Assembly: GCA_963828195.1 (NCBI GenBank)
Contig: CAWHDT010000004.1
Coordinates: forward strand, 49,512-113,511
Source: Candidatus Bathyarchaeota archaeon
GTDB lineage: Archaea > Thermoproteota > Bathyarchaeia > Bathyarchaeales > Bathycorpusculaceae
Length of the DNA: 64,000 nucleotides
Direction: 5' to 3'
Both the position numbers and the translations under genes were made by a program. Position 1 is the first letter of the stretch, and the number at the start of each line of letters is the position of its first letter. The notes below the pieces were generated by a model. That model saw nothing but the letters and a program-made list of their open reading frames with translations, had not been told where the DNA came from and ran no database searches. Positions 48,939 through 59,261 of the stretch are shown piece by piece.

Positions 48939-50123
48939 TTAGAGTGCTTTGAAAGCCTCGAACCACCTGTTATAGTTTGACAGCATATCTAGGGAGACGC
49001 TTGGTTTGCGCTGTTCCAGAATCTGGCGGAAATCAGCCATCGTTAAAGATCTAGGTTTAGCCTCTTTATCCATCGCTTTGCCTGACTCGAAGAATTCTCC
49101 AATAAGGCTAAGCTGGGCTGATTGACAAACATCGCGTATGTCGCTTCCTGAGAAGCCTTCTGACAGCCGAGCTAGCTCCTGCAAGTCCACATCTGAATCT
49201 ATGGCTAAAGTGCTTGAGTAGAGCTTCAGCATGCTTAGTCGGGTAGCATGATCTGCCAGGGGAACCAGAATTCTTTTTTGGAAGCGTCTAATGAAAGCCC
49301 AATCTAAATCCCAAGGCTTGTTTGTTGCGCCAATTACATAAACGTGCAAGTTTTTGCCTTTATCCACAATTCCATCCATTTCTTTAAGGAATTGGTTTCG
49401 AACTCGTATCTCTCCGCCGACCTCGTTAGTGTGCGCTCCCATCAAAGAATCCAACTCATCAACAAACACGATAGCGGGTTTACCTTCAATTGCTGATTTG
49501 CGGGCGGTACCAAATAATTTTGAAACATTCTGCTCAGCTTCACCAAGCCACTTAGACATAATGGATGCTGCATCAATTGAGTAGAAGTTTGCGTCGATTT
49601 CTGTTGCAACAGCTGCTGCGAGCAAAGTTTTTCCGCAGCCAGGAGGACCAAACAGCAAAATGCCCCGTGGCCAACCCAACGGGAACAAATCGGGTCTTTG
49701 AACGGGGTAAACGATGGCTTCTTTCACTGCTTTTTTAGCGGTATCTAAGCCGACGACTTCGCCCCAGTTAATATTAGGTTTCTCAGTCATCACAAGTTCC
49801 TCGTGTTTTCCATTTCCGTTTCCGCTGCCGTTGCCTTCCACGGTTGCGCCTCCGCCTTCACCGTCATTGTTGGTTGCTTCGTTCATTTCGGTTGATGAAA
49901 CGGCTCCCTGCAATGCTTTGATTCTTTCTTGGTAAGCTATTGCTCGTTGAACGTAAACTTTATTCAAGCCGTATTCGGGGTAAAGCTGAACAAGCTGCAA
50001 GAGACTCTCTATTGCTTTTTGGTAGAGGGTTATGGCTCTTCCTTTTTGTCCTTGCTTATCTAAGCGTACGGCATCTAAAGCGTAAGCTGTTGCGGATTTC
50101 TCTAGTTCACTTGAGGCACTCAT
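48939..50123 (-). CDS. cdvC: Vps4-like AAA ATPase CdvC
   Basis: N-terminal MIT domain, GPPGCGKT, MSKWLGE, DELD, ATNKPWDLD..FIRRF. Confidence 0.95.
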   Translation of the reverse strand: MSASSELEKSATAYALDAVRLDKQGQKGRAITLYQKAIESLLQLVQLYPEYGLNKVYVQRAIAYQERIKALQGAVSSTEMNEATNNDGEGGGATVEGNGSGNGNGKHEELVMTEKPNINWGEVVGLDTAKKAVKEAIVYPVQRPDLFPLGWPRGILLFGPPGCGKTLLAAAVATEIDANFYSIDAASIMSKWLGEAEQNVSKLFGTARKSAIEGKPAIVFVDELDSLMGAHTNEVGGEIRVRNQFLKEMDGIVDKGKNLHVYVIGATNKPWDLDWAFIRRFQKRILVPLADHATRLSMLKLYSSTLAIDSDVDLQELARLSEGFSGSDIRDVCQSAQLSLIGEFFESGKAMDKEAKPRSLTMADFRQILEQRKPSVSLDMLSNYNRWFEAFKAL

Positions 50124-50136
50124 GTTTTTTCTTCTC

Positions 50137-51036
50137 CTATTCAGGCGATTTTAACTCAATTTTTATTTTACCCTTTGTTCCTAAACTTTCAAGGGCACGC
50201 TCAATTTCTTCGTTGGAAGTTTGCAATTCACTTGAACAGCGGCTTAAATCGACTTCTCCATTAGTCTTGCGGACATATTCAAGAAGCACATCTTCCAAGC
50301 AAGGCTTCTCTACTTTTAACGAAAACTCTTTAATTTCAGATTTTTTGTAGGAAAACACCGTCTTTGAGGGGTCAAACCCAGATTCTTCCGTAGTTTTATG
50401 ACCAATCAACTGTGAAGAACTGGCGGTGAGAGCTACAAGCTCCTTAATCGGCGATTTCTCCTTCACAGGAGTTGCAGCAGGCGGCTCGGGAAGGTTTTCA
50501 GCTATCTTTTGCTGCATGAAGCAGGTAACTTCTTTGAGGATTTCTTCGCCGCCTTCAGTCTTTTTGCCGACTGGAATCAACTCTTCATCAGCAGATAGTT
50601 TTGTTGCGTGAAGAGTCTCTTGGATTGTGGAGTTAACGTTGTCAAGTTCTGAGCTGACATCAGGTAAAACTTGAAATAGCTCCGAAGAAACATTCTGAAG
50701 CAGCCGCAATGCGGGCTTCAAATCAGAAACAATGTCGCCGAGCTCTTTGATTGTTTCTAGCCGAAGAATCACACGTTCAATGGCTAACTGAACATTATAC
50801 AGAAACTTTACAAGCTTTCGGACCTCAGCGAGCTCAGTAGCGCAGATCGCGGCTCTTTCGCGATTGTTCTTTTTGAGGGCACCCATGCAGGTTTCAAAAA
50901 GTATGCGGTCTCTTTCTTTTAATCGAAAACTTGCCTGCTCAAGCTTATTTTGCTGAATTCTAAGGGTAGAAATAGATTTGTTTGCGACGTCACGTATAGG
51001 CGGAGGGGGCTGATTGATCAGGCTTAAACTTTTCAT
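50137..51036 (-). CDS. cdvB: ESCRT-III CdvB with C-terminal winged helix
   Basis: QLAIERVILRLETI core, LPEPP MIM2-like motif, VLLEYVRKTNGEVDL wH. Confidence 0.88.
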   Translation of the reverse strand: MKSLSLINQPPPPIRDVANKSISTLRIQQNKLEQASFRLKERDRILFETCMGALKKNNRERAAICATELAEVRKLVKFLYNVQLAIERVILRLETIKELGDIVSDLKPALRLLQNVSSELFQVLPDVSSELDNVNSTIQETLHATKLSADEELIPVGKKTEGGEEILKEVTCFMQQKIAENLPEPPAATPVKEKSPIKELVALTASSSQLIGHKTTEESGFDPSKTVFSYKKSEIKEFSLKVEKPCLEDVLLEYVRKTNGEVDLSRCSSELQTSNEEIERALESLGTKGKIKIELKSPE

Positions 51037-51080
51037 ATTTTACCCCTCCCTCTGGACGATGTCTTTTGTTTGTTTGGCTA

Positions 51081-51794
51081 TTATATGCCAGCTTTCCCGA
51101 TCTCTTTAACGTAGACAACTACTGGGGGCTCAGGGAGCTTCTGGGCAACGCTTACCTGTTCAGCGTAAGTTTTTGATCTCTGGGTTGTATCTTGTGTGTC
51201 ACCTAGCAGCACGCTTGAGACCTTGCTTTTTGTCAGTTCGAAATCGGTTTTCTCTAAAGTTGCACGCTTCAGCGTTTCTTGTAGAAGTGCAAAAGCGTTC
51301 TTGTAGTTTTCTTCATCTACTTTGCCTATTTCGTGTTCAATTTCCAAGTTAGCGATGGCGTAGCTAAGCGACGATATTTCTTCTTGGCACCGTTCAATTT
51401 CTATGATGGACTCGTCAACTATGATTTGAGCGTCCTTCTTTAGCTGAGTTAAAACGCTCGTGAAGCTAGTGTGAAGTTCCTGATACAGGTCCGGCGCGAT
51501 TTTTCTTTTGTCATTTAGATCTTTCAAAGCTTGGTCTTTTCGCCATATGAGGGGAATCTGGTCACAAAGGATACCTGCTTGGTTCTTAATTTTTGAAATG
51601 TAAGTGACTTCAGCGCCATTAAACCTTAAAGTTTCCATGGGCTGTTTTGTGAATTGGCCGTCTCCAAATTCGACGAAGACAGCGTCAAATTTTCCACTTG
51701 GGGTTAATGCGAAAGATGCGACTTTACCAATAATGCGTCCATACTCGTTTTTGATGGGTTTACCAATATAAAGAAAAAGATTGGAGTTAGACAT
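51081..51794 (-). CDS. cdvA: CdvA cell-division protein
   Basis: PRC-barrel N-terminus IGKPIKNEYGRIIGKV, coiled coil, C-terminal PVVVYV strand. Confidence 0.88.
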   Translation of the reverse strand: MSNSNLFLYIGKPIKNEYGRIIGKVASFALTPSGKFDAVFVEFGDGQFTKQPMETLRFNGAEVTYISKIKNQAGILCDQIPLIWRKDQALKDLNDKRKIAPDLYQELHTSFTSVLTQLKKDAQIIVDESIIEIERCQEEISSLSYAIANLEIEHEIGKVDEENYKNAFALLQETLKRATLEKTDFELTKSKVSSVLLGDTQDTTQRSKTYAEQVSVAQKLPEPPVVVYVKEIGKAGI

Positions 51795-51815
51795 GTTTGT
51801 TGTTTTCCTCCTATT

Positions 51816-52475
51816 TTAGAAACTCTGTGTTGATTTTTCTGTTTGCGGGGTTGATGGCATTCCTGGGGGCAGATCTGGGAACTTGTCTTTTATCTTCTGC
51901 TCTGCAACGGTTGCTGCTTCTGTGAGAATCTTTGATGCGTCCTCGTTTACTGTGTCGAAGTTTAATGTCATTCCTGAACCTTGGCCTGCTTCAATCATGA
52001 TTCCGCTCAGCATGTTGCCAATTTCGCCCAGTTCGCTCTCTGCTTCTGGAAACACGCTAACTAAGCCCGCTTTGACTGAACGTAGAACACCTACGGCTGG
52101 GCCTAAGGTCGATACTACATCGCCTAGTTCTGATACAGTTCGTAACCTTAATGTTATTTGTTCAAGTGCAAGTTTCGCATTCATTATTAACTTTGACATT
52201 TTTCGAACTTCAGCTAATTCGTTGGCGAAGACATTTGCGCGTGCGCTGTCATGTTTTGCGTAAGCATCAACTATTCTGGCGAAGATTGCTTTGTCTCTTT
52301 GGCTGAATCTGTCAGTGGCTTGATCAAGCTTCTGTACTTGAAGATCGATACGCCTGACTGCGAAGTCTAATCGTGGCTTCAATGGTCCCGGTGGTTTTAC
52401 AGCGTCTTTGATGCGGTTTGAGAACGGCTCATCGTCCCGTTTACTTTCCCACTTTTTTGCAAATCTTTCTGACAA
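51816..52475 (-). CDS. ESCRT-III (Snf7/CdvB paralog without wH)
   Basis: ANELAEVRKM, LALEQITLRLRTV, FPDLP. Confidence 0.9.
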   Translation of the reverse strand: MSERFAKKWESKRDDEPFSNRIKDAVKPPGPLKPRLDFAVRRIDLQVQKLDQATDRFSQRDKAIFARIVDAYAKHDSARANVFANELAEVRKMSKLIMNAKLALEQITLRLRTVSELGDVVSTLGPAVGVLRSVKAGLVSVFPEAESELGEIGNMLSGIMIEAGQGSGMTLNFDTVNEDASKILTEAATVAEQKIKDKFPDLPPGMPSTPQTEKSTQSF

Positions 52476-52548
52476 TTTCGATTACCTCTGAAGACAGACA
52501 TGACATAGTACAATCTTATACATTGTTAATATGGTAAAGATATGCACG

Positions 52549-52566
52549 TATAGCTGTACAGCTATA
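52549..52566. promoter_or_regulatory. Perfect 18-bp palindrome upstream of the cdv operon
   Basis: TATAGCTGTACAGCTATA equals its reverse complement. Confidence 0.6.
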
Positions 52567-52702
52567 TGTCCACCAAAAAGTCGCCTTAGGCTTTATATAT
52601 AAGAGTTAAAGGCGGCGGGAGCGCTAAACCGTTTAGACAGAAATATGTAAGTTAGACTAAAAAGAAGCGCCAAGTAATGCTAAAAATAAAAAGGTGATTT
52701 GA

Positions 52703-52927
52703 TTGAATAGTAGATTGAAAATATTTGGAGTAATCGCAGTTTTAGGCTTCGTAGCAGGCATTATAGCACAAGTCACAGCAGTCTTCGTTATCCCATGGCT
52801 GATTGCAGTTTTGCCGTTGCTCGGGGGAATGAGCAGCTTCCTGATTTCAGGACTTGCAGGCGCATGCTTAACCGTTGCAATAGTCGGCGCTTGGGCATAC
52901 ATGACCGGGAAAAAAGAACCATACTAA
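52703..52927 (+). CDS. Small two-TM membrane protein
   Basis: Hydrophobic 74-aa ORF with AGGTGA SD. Confidence 0.7.
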   Translation: MNSRLKIFGVIAVLGFVAGIIAQVTAVFVIPWLIAVLPLLGGMSSFLISGLAGACLTVAIVGAWAYMTGKKEPY

Positions 52928-53287
52928 AATAAGAACAACTCTCCAGCCTCCTTTCTTTATTGAACCCTCTTTTTGATTAGCCACAAAACCCATTAAAACT
53001 TGTAGTAATGGACTCGGTAGCGGAAAAAAACTTCACAAGCCTCCAGCTTAAATTCCCCGCCTTCAGCTTCATCGTACCTCGATTTCCTCATCGTCCGAAA
53101 TTATAGCTTTCCGCACCAACTTATTTGCGTTTCTTAAAATGTTTAAGCTTTAAAGCAATCCAGTCCACTTGATCAATTCAAGCCGTCTTTTCCATCTCCA
53201 ACTTTGGCGCTTTCGTTGTAAGCTTTTGAAAATCGGAGCCGAAAATGCATATAAGAACCGTTCTAAACCATCAATGTGGTGATCTTC

Positions 53288-53884
53288 ATGGTTGATTTAA
53301 AATTAGATTTGAATAAGACCGCTTTGGTTGTTATAGATCTGCAAAGAGGCATTGTTGGATCTGAAAGAAAACTTGAGCCTTACAGCGTAAAAGAGGTTGT
53401 CGCCAACGCCGCAAAGCTTGTTGCCGCTTTTAGGGATGCGGGAATGCCTGTTTTCCTCGTGCATGTAACATCCATCGATGGAAAAGATATGCTGCATCCC
53501 GTCATCGACCAGCAATCCCCATGGGGATCGGGCCCAAGACCAGCAGACTGGGCAGAATTCGCCGAAGAAATAAAACCCACAGGCAAAGAAATTGTCATAG
53601 CGAAGAGGCAGTGGGGCGCCTTTTACGGAACCGAACTCGATCTGCAGCTGAGACGCAGAAAAATCGAAACCATTGTTCTCTGCGGAGTTGCAACCAACTT
53701 CGGCGTTGAAACAACTGCCAGAGACGCTTACCAACGCGGGTACAACCAAGTCTTCGCTGTAGATGCAATGGCTGCAAACAGCAAAGACGAACATGAAGCA
53801 ACATTAAAATTCATTTTTCCAAGAATCGGACAGATAAGAACCACAGACGAAATCCTGAAAGCTGCTGAGAACGGCAAAACTTAG
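53288..53884 (+). CDS. Isochorismatase-family cysteine hydrolase (YecD-like)
   Basis: ALVVIDLQ, KRQWGAFYGT.L, GVATNFGVETTAR. Confidence 0.9.
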   Translation: MVDLKLDLNKTALVVIDLQRGIVGSERKLEPYSVKEVVANAAKLVAAFRDAGMPVFLVHVTSIDGKDMLHPVIDQQSPWGSGPRPADWAEFAEEIKPTGKEIVIAKRQWGAFYGTELDLQLRRRKIETIVLCGVATNFGVETTARDAYQRGYNQVFAVDAMAANSKDEHEATLKFIFPRIGQIRTTDEILKAAENGKT

Positions 53885-54128
53885 GCATTTTTTTAAAAAA
53901 TAGGTTCTTCGTTTAAACCACAAGCTACCGTTACAAAAACTGGCAGCAACGTAAGGGCATCGGGGTAACTCCATGCTTTGAAGGAGGCGCAGCGGATTTC
54001 CCTCAACTATTTTCTGGTTGGTTGCTTTAACCAAATTTTCGTTAAGTAAGTAGATAAATACGGGGTTTGCATATGTTGTGAAATAAGAGAAAACAAGATC
54101 TTCGGAATAATCTTTGGGGCGGACAATA

Positions 54129-55358
54129 ATGAAGTACATACTTGTTGTTGGAGATGGCATGGCGGATTACCCTGTGCCTGAACTGGGAAATAAAACGCCG
54201 CTTCAAGCAGCGTACAAACCCAACATGGATTCCATAGCAGCCAACGGGCGAAACGGCGTAATCAAAACCGTTCCAGACGAGTTAAACCCAGGCTCAGAAA
54301 CAGCCATATGTTCACTTTTGGGGTATGATCCAATAAAGTATTGCACGGGCAGAGGTCCCCTTGAAGCGCCAGCCAGAGGCATAAAACTGGGACCAAACGA
54401 TGCAGCGTACAGGTGCAACTTGATAACTGAGAAGGACGGGGTTATACTTGATTACTCCGCGGGTCACATAACAACTGACGAATCAAGCAAACTCATCGCG
54501 TCGATAAATAAGGCGTTTGGAAAACTTGGCAAAATCGAATTCTACTCAGGCTTAGACTACAGGCACTTTCTGATACTGCGGAACATTCCAAAGCCGGAGC
54601 TTATCAAATGCACGCCGCCGCACGACGCTGTCGGCGTCAATTTTTCGGAGGTGCTGCCAGAAGCCAAGTTGCCTGAGGCAGAAAAAACAGCGCGGCTACT
54701 CAGAGAATTGATTATTCGTTCAGGAGGCATTCTTCGGACTCACCCTGTGAACGTTGCCCGCGTAAGAGCTGGCAAAAACCCGGGTAACTTGATTTGGCCT
54801 TGGGGCGGAGGCAAAAAACCTGCCATGCCTACGTTGGAGGAAAAGTACGGTTTGAAGGCAGCGGTCATATCTGCGGTTGATTTGGTGAAGGGGATCGGAA
54901 TTTACGCTGGAATGGAAGTCATCAACGTTCCTGGGGCAACGGGTTTGCAAAACACTAATTATGAGGGCAAAGCAGATGCTGCATTAAAAGCGCTCAAAGA
55001 CAATGATTTTGTTTTTGTCCATGTGGAAGCGCCAGACGAAGCGGGGCACTGCAAAGATTACGCGTTAAAAGTAAAAACCATTGAGGACTTAGACAAGAGG
55101 CTGCTTGGCAGAATCCTAGGCGGCTTAACGGAGCCTTACGCAATTGCGTTATCGCCTGACCATCCTACGCCAATCAGAATTGGAACACACACCAGGGAAC
55201 CTGTGCCTTTCGCAATAAAGTCGCCGCTTCTGAAGCCCGACGGCGTGAAAAAGTTTGATGAAATCTCCGCAAGAAACGGAGCCTTCGGGCTAGTAGAACA
55301 CGACTACCTCATTTCACTTCTTCTATCGTCAGCAAACCCCAAAAATAAAACTGCTTGA
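54129..55358 (+). CDS. apgM: Cofactor-independent phosphoglycerate mutase (archaeal type)
   Basis: GDGMAD, KTPLQ, PGSE, GRGPLE, HVEAPDEAGH, PDHPTP, THTREPVP. Confidence 0.9.
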   Translation: MKYILVVGDGMADYPVPELGNKTPLQAAYKPNMDSIAANGRNGVIKTVPDELNPGSETAICSLLGYDPIKYCTGRGPLEAPARGIKLGPNDAAYRCNLITEKDGVILDYSAGHITTDESSKLIASINKAFGKLGKIEFYSGLDYRHFLILRNIPKPELIKCTPPHDAVGVNFSEVLPEAKLPEAEKTARLLRELIIRSGGILRTHPVNVARVRAGKNPGNLIWPWGGGKKPAMPTLEEKYGLKAAVISAVDLVKGIGIYAGMEVINVPGATGLQNTNYEGKADAALKALKDNDFVFVHVEAPDEAGHCKDYALKVKTIEDLDKRLLGRILGGLTEPYAIALSPDHPTPIRIGTHTREPVPFAIKSPLLKPDGVKKFDEISARNGAFGLVEHDYLISLLLSSANPKNKTA

Positions 55359-55381
55359 TCACCCAACCTGAAAAGTGACGT

Positions 55382-56248
55382 TTAGGCTAAGGAAATAAGA
55401 ATTAACCCCGCTAAAATCGCAATTATCCCCAGTTTCTGGTTGTTAACCAGTCTTTCCTTCAGGAAAAAGTAGGCAAGCACTATGGTTACAGCTGGAGCAG
55501 TCGCCGCTATTGGGCTAACTATGGAGACCAGTTGGGTGCCTAGGCTCAGGTTGAACGCCGTATAAGCCAAAAAATCCAGAAGCCCCGCGGCTGCGATGAA
55601 AAGAAAGATCATTTTAGTTGGAATCGAAATTTTTGTTTTAGTGACTCCTGTCCACGAAAACAAAGTCGCGGTTGCGAGCACTTTAAGAAACAAAAGTGTC
55701 ATGATGGGCCCCACTGCCGCAACTATCGGTCTTAGCAGAGCATAGCTGATTCCCCAAGCAATCATCGATATTAAAGCGTCGCCGACGCCAGCTGATCTTC
55801 CCTTTTTGAGGCTGGTTTTGAGTTCGGCAAAATTGGTGGAAGCAAAAAACACGCCGATAAACACAGCGACGACGCCTATGATTTGCAGAGGCGTCAGCGT
55901 TTCTTGGAAGAGAAAGAACGCCAACAAAATTGTTATAACCGACCAGCTGGCGGTAATTGGAGACACGACAGAGACATTGCCCTTTTGGAATCCTCTGTAC
56001 AAAAAAATGTACCCGAAAATTCCTGAAATTCCCGCCACCACAGTTACGCCGACTAAGCCAATTGACAGGGGAGGCAGTTTGAAGAATAGGATTGCAAAAA
56101 TAACCGCTGGAACCAAAGCGACTGTTTGATTGAGAACTAAAGATGTTTTATAACCAACTTTGTCTATCGCCTTTTTTGCGAGAAAGTCCGCTATCCCCCA
56201 ACTCAACATCGCAGTGACAGCTAAGAGGATCCCTAAGTCTAAAGCCAT
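55382..56248 (-). CDS. EamA/DMT family transporter
   Basis: Two EamA repeats (VSVVSPI...FLFQE; VSIVSPI...FLKER). Confidence 0.9.
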   Translation of the reverse strand: MALDLGILLAVTAMLSWGIADFLAKKAIDKVGYKTSLVLNQTVALVPAVIFAILFFKLPPLSIGLVGVTVVAGISGIFGYIFLYRGFQKGNVSVVSPITASWSVITILLAFFLFQETLTPLQIIGVVAVFIGVFFASTNFAELKTSLKKGRSAGVGDALISMIAWGISYALLRPIVAAVGPIMTLLFLKVLATATLFSWTGVTKTKISIPTKMIFLFIAAAGLLDFLAYTAFNLSLGTQLVSIVSPIAATAPAVTIVLAYFFLKERLVNNQKLGIIAILAGLILISLA

Positions 56249-56592
56249 AGTCTAATCCAATGGTCATAAACATTTGTTTGACCAGAATTTAAGCTTAAAA
56301 AGATCATAATAAAGGGTTCTGTAAAGTCTTCGTTGTTTTTGGGTTCATGTAAACTTTCGTTGGCTATCTTTTTATATGTCAGAGTTTTAGGTGTATCTCC
56401 TCGAAGTTCATTAAGTAATGCAAGGGATTTTCCAACTAGTGACCGCATAAGGGTTTCGTTAGGTATGTTAATTTTGTAGTCAATTATCCATTGGCAAGTA
56501 ACATTTAACTGTTCTAACAGTTCAAAATTAAGTTGGTGCATTCTCTTTAATTCACTAAGGGTATCAATTACATTTTGAATAGCTTCAGACAA
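56239..56592 (-). CDS. Passenger hypothetical protein reading out through the left TIR
   Basis: Overlaps stop of upstream passenger; last ~25 codons lie in flanking DNA. Confidence 0.5.
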   Translation of the reverse strand: MSEAIQNVIDTLSELKRMHQLNFELLEQLNVTCQWIIDYKINIPNETLMRSLVGKSLALLNELRGDTPKTLTYKKIANESLHEPKNNEDFTEPFIMIFLSLNSGQTNVYDHWIRLWL

Positions 56593-57073
56593 CCATACCC
56601 TCTCCGTTCTTTTTCCTTTGTTCTGTCTCTTTCTGTAAATTTGCGAAAAACTGAATTACAGCGGTAATTTTTGGACCCGTGATATCTTTCAATTGTTCAA
56701 CATCTTTGTCTAATTTAGAAAAGGCTGCTAATTCTTTTGAAGTTTTTCCCTGATTTCGTTGCATTGTATCATTAAGCGACAATACCGCATGATTCAACTT
56801 ATCAACGTATCCGTAAAGTTCTAGAATATTATCTTGGTCTAGAGCTATCATTTCTACAGTTCCTTTGAACATCAGTAACATGCTTCTCCTATTACCCCAC
56901 ACCCAACGAGATTTAAGAGACCCATTAATTTTCTCTAAAAGACCTTGATAGTATTTTTTGGCATATTTGCGCATATCATCATATGACGGATTTTCTGTTC
57001 CGAAAATACGTTTTATTTCTTCTTTTGAAGTAACGTCAATATAGGTTACTTCTTCTTTATCTTCGCTGCTCAT
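56585..57073 (-). CDS. Passenger coiled-coil hypothetical protein
   Basis: ATG at 57073 (MSSEDKEE) with upstream AGGAG. Confidence 0.65.
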   Translation of the reverse strand: MSSEDKEEVTYIDVTSKEEIKRIFGTENPSYDDMRKYAKKYYQGLLEKINGSLKSRWVWGNRRSMLLMFKGTVEMIALDQDNILELYGYVDKLNHAVLSLNDTMQRNQGKTSKELAAFSKLDKDVEQLKDITGPKITAVIQFFANLQKETEQRKKNGEGMVV

Positions 57074-57223
57074 TTTTGCATTTCTCCTGTTTTTCAATCC
57101 ATTCTCGTACAGCTTGGTCTATGAGTTCGCTTAAAGTTATGTCGCATTGGAGAGCAGATATTTTGGCTTGTTTCCATAACTCAGGGTTTACCTTTAGAGA
57201 GGTTACAATTTGGTTTTTTTCAT
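57057..57223 (-). pseudogene. Ribbon-helix-helix regulator, apparent frameshift in the A7 run after ATG
   Basis: QIVTSLKVNPELWKQAKISALQCDITLSELIDQAVREWI is out of frame with ATG 57223. Confidence 0.55.
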
Positions 57224-57363
57224 TTATTGACGTTTTTAATCACCAATTAGTTAATATTGTGTGGTAGTATAAATAGTTTTAGCTTATTGTTTAGTTTAAA
57301 CTAAATGGTAGTAAGCCTTAAATAGCTGTTTAATACTATACTACTGATTAGTGGCGTAGTAAA

Positions 57364-58497
57364 ATGGCAACAATAACAACAAGAGAAGAACGGGGTCAAG
57401 CAATCGTAAACCTTTCTAATCAAATAGAGAGAGCGGATGATTGCATTTACACCGTTAAGTCTCAATCTCACGAAGGCGAATACTGTGTTTTCAAGGTTAA
57501 CGGAGAATGGAATTGTGAATGCCCAGATAACAAGTTTCGCCATGTGAAGTGTAAGCATATTTTTGCGGTTGAGTTTTCAAGCCAATTAAGAAAAGAGGTT
57601 CAAATTAACCGAGTTATCCAAGAAGTAAACGTTAGCAACTGCCAATATTGCGGTTCAAACAACCTTAGAAAACACTGTGTAAGAAAAAATAAAGCGGGTA
57701 ATCTCCAAGTGTTCTACTGTCGAGACTGCCACAAATACTTCACTATAAACATTGGTTTTGAAAGAATGAAGCACAATCCTCAAGCAATAACCTCAGCTAT
57801 GCAGTTTTACTTTAGCGGAGAATCATTAAGAAACACAATGAACTCTCTAAAGCTGTTAGGTGTCGAAGTCTCACACCAAACCGTTTACAACTGGATTAAA
57901 AAATATGTTCGATTAATGAAAGACTACGCTGAAACGATAAAACCCAATGTTTCCGATAATTGGAGAGCAGACGAATTATATGTTAAAATTGCTGGAAACA
58001 TGAAGTACCTGTTTGCCATGATGGATGATGAAACACGCTTCTTAATCGCTCAGGAAGTAGCTGAAACAAAGGATAAGCATGATACAAGAAACCTATTACG
58101 CATGTCTAAAGAGCTAATGGGAAAGAAGCCAATGACTTTCACAACTGATGGATTGCAGTCTTACCATGATGCTTACAAAAAAGAGTTCTGGACTTTGAAA
58201 GGGCCTAGAACCGAGCATATCAGACACATCAAACTAAGTGGAGATATGAATAATAATAAGATGGAGCGGATAAATGGCGAAGTCCGTGACCGAGAAAAGA
58301 CTATGAGAGGACTAAAAATAAATGATACTCCTATTTTACAAGGCTACCAATTATTCCACAATTACATTAGACCCCATGAAGGCTTAGACGGCAAAACCCC
58401 AGCTGAGGCATGCGGAATAATCATTGAAGGGAAAAACAAATGGAAAACACTAATTGAGAACGCAAGCAAAAAAGACCGATTAGACTATCTGCGATAA
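57364..58497 (+). CDS. IS6-family DDE transposase with SWIM and zinc-ribbon N-terminus
   Basis: CECPD..CKH SWIM, CQYC/CRDC ribbon, VSHQTVYNWI HTH, WRADE, TDG, NNKMER. Confidence 0.92.
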   Translation: MATITTREERGQAIVNLSNQIERADDCIYTVKSQSHEGEYCVFKVNGEWNCECPDNKFRHVKCKHIFAVEFSSQLRKEVQINRVIQEVNVSNCQYCGSNNLRKHCVRKNKAGNLQVFYCRDCHKYFTINIGFERMKHNPQAITSAMQFYFSGESLRNTMNSLKLLGVEVSHQTVYNWIKKYVRLMKDYAETIKPNVSDNWRADELYVKIAGNMKYLFAMMDDETRFLIAQEVAETKDKHDTRNLLRMSKELMGKKPMTFTTDGLQSYHDAYKKEFWTLKGPRTEHIRHIKLSGDMNNNKMERINGEVRDREKTMRGLKINDTPILQGYQLFHNYIRPHEGLDGKTPAEACGIIIEGKNKWKTLIENASKKDRLDYLR

Positions 58498-58531
58498 TTA
58501 TATATGCTTAAAATAATTAAACAGTTTAGTC

Positions 58532-59062
58532 ATGTCAGACTTGCGAGCAGAGATTTACCGGTGGTCATTAAACCTCATTGAAAAAGGGTTTAAGTTGGAA
58601 GGTATCTTTTTACTACTTTCAACTTGGAATTTTGCATATTTCAGATACCATCTGATAGAGTTTAAGATAGAAGAATTTAAAAAACTTCTGGATGATTGTG
58701 ATTTTGAATTTTTTAAAGATATACGATTTGAGACTGTTGATTTATCAGATAATGAGATTACTAACAAAATAAAAGTGATATATTCTTCCTTATCCCAATT
58801 TAAAGGAATAAAATATGTTGGGGCTACTAAAGTAATGCATTTGCTAAGACCTAATTTTTTTGTCATGTGGGACACGAAAATGATAAAGAATTACAAAAAA
58901 GAGACCCCAAAAGGTTACATAAACACTTCTCCTTCTGGTTACGTCAATTTTATGAAAGAGATGCAAAAAAGATATAGAAACAATGAATTTCTAAACCTTG
59001 CAAAAGGAGTATCCATTCCTCGTGCTATAGACCTTTATAATTGGGAACATAGGGATGCATAA
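58532..59062 (+). CDS. Passenger protein with HhH/DNA-glycosylase-like motif
   Basis: LSQFKGIKYVGATKVMHLLRPNFFVMWD and RAIDLYNW. Confidence 0.55.
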   Translation: MSDLRAEIYRWSLNLIEKGFKLEGIFLLLSTWNFAYFRYHLIEFKIEEFKKLLDDCDFEFFKDIRFETVDLSDNEITNKIKVIYSSLSQFKGIKYVGATKVMHLLRPNFFVMWDTKMIKNYKKETPKGYINTSPSGYVNFMKEMQKRYRNNEFLNLAKGVSIPRAIDLYNWEHRDA

Positions 59063-59094
59063 TTCACAGATTTTAACAACCTTAGTATGCTCGG

Positions 59095-59216
59095 TATCCC
59101 ACGAAAGTTAACACCGAGAAAAATTATCCCACGACACTTAACATGGAGAAAAAACCAAGAGAAGTATCTCACGAAACTTAACAGAAAAACTCATCCCTTA
59201 AGAACTTAACAGAACC
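59095..59216 (+). repeat. Four TATCCCACGAAACTTAACA-like repeats ending in a TIR-like CAGAACC
   Basis: Units at about 59095, 59125, 59165, 59193. Confidence 0.7.
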
Positions 59217-59261
59217 CTAAAAAAAGGTGTGGTTACTCGCTATAAAAAGAAGGCGAGTCAC

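Noticed and set aside
59095-59216. CRISPR mini-array
   Set aside because: Repeats are degenerate, spacers too short, no cas genes; better explained as transposon-end repeats
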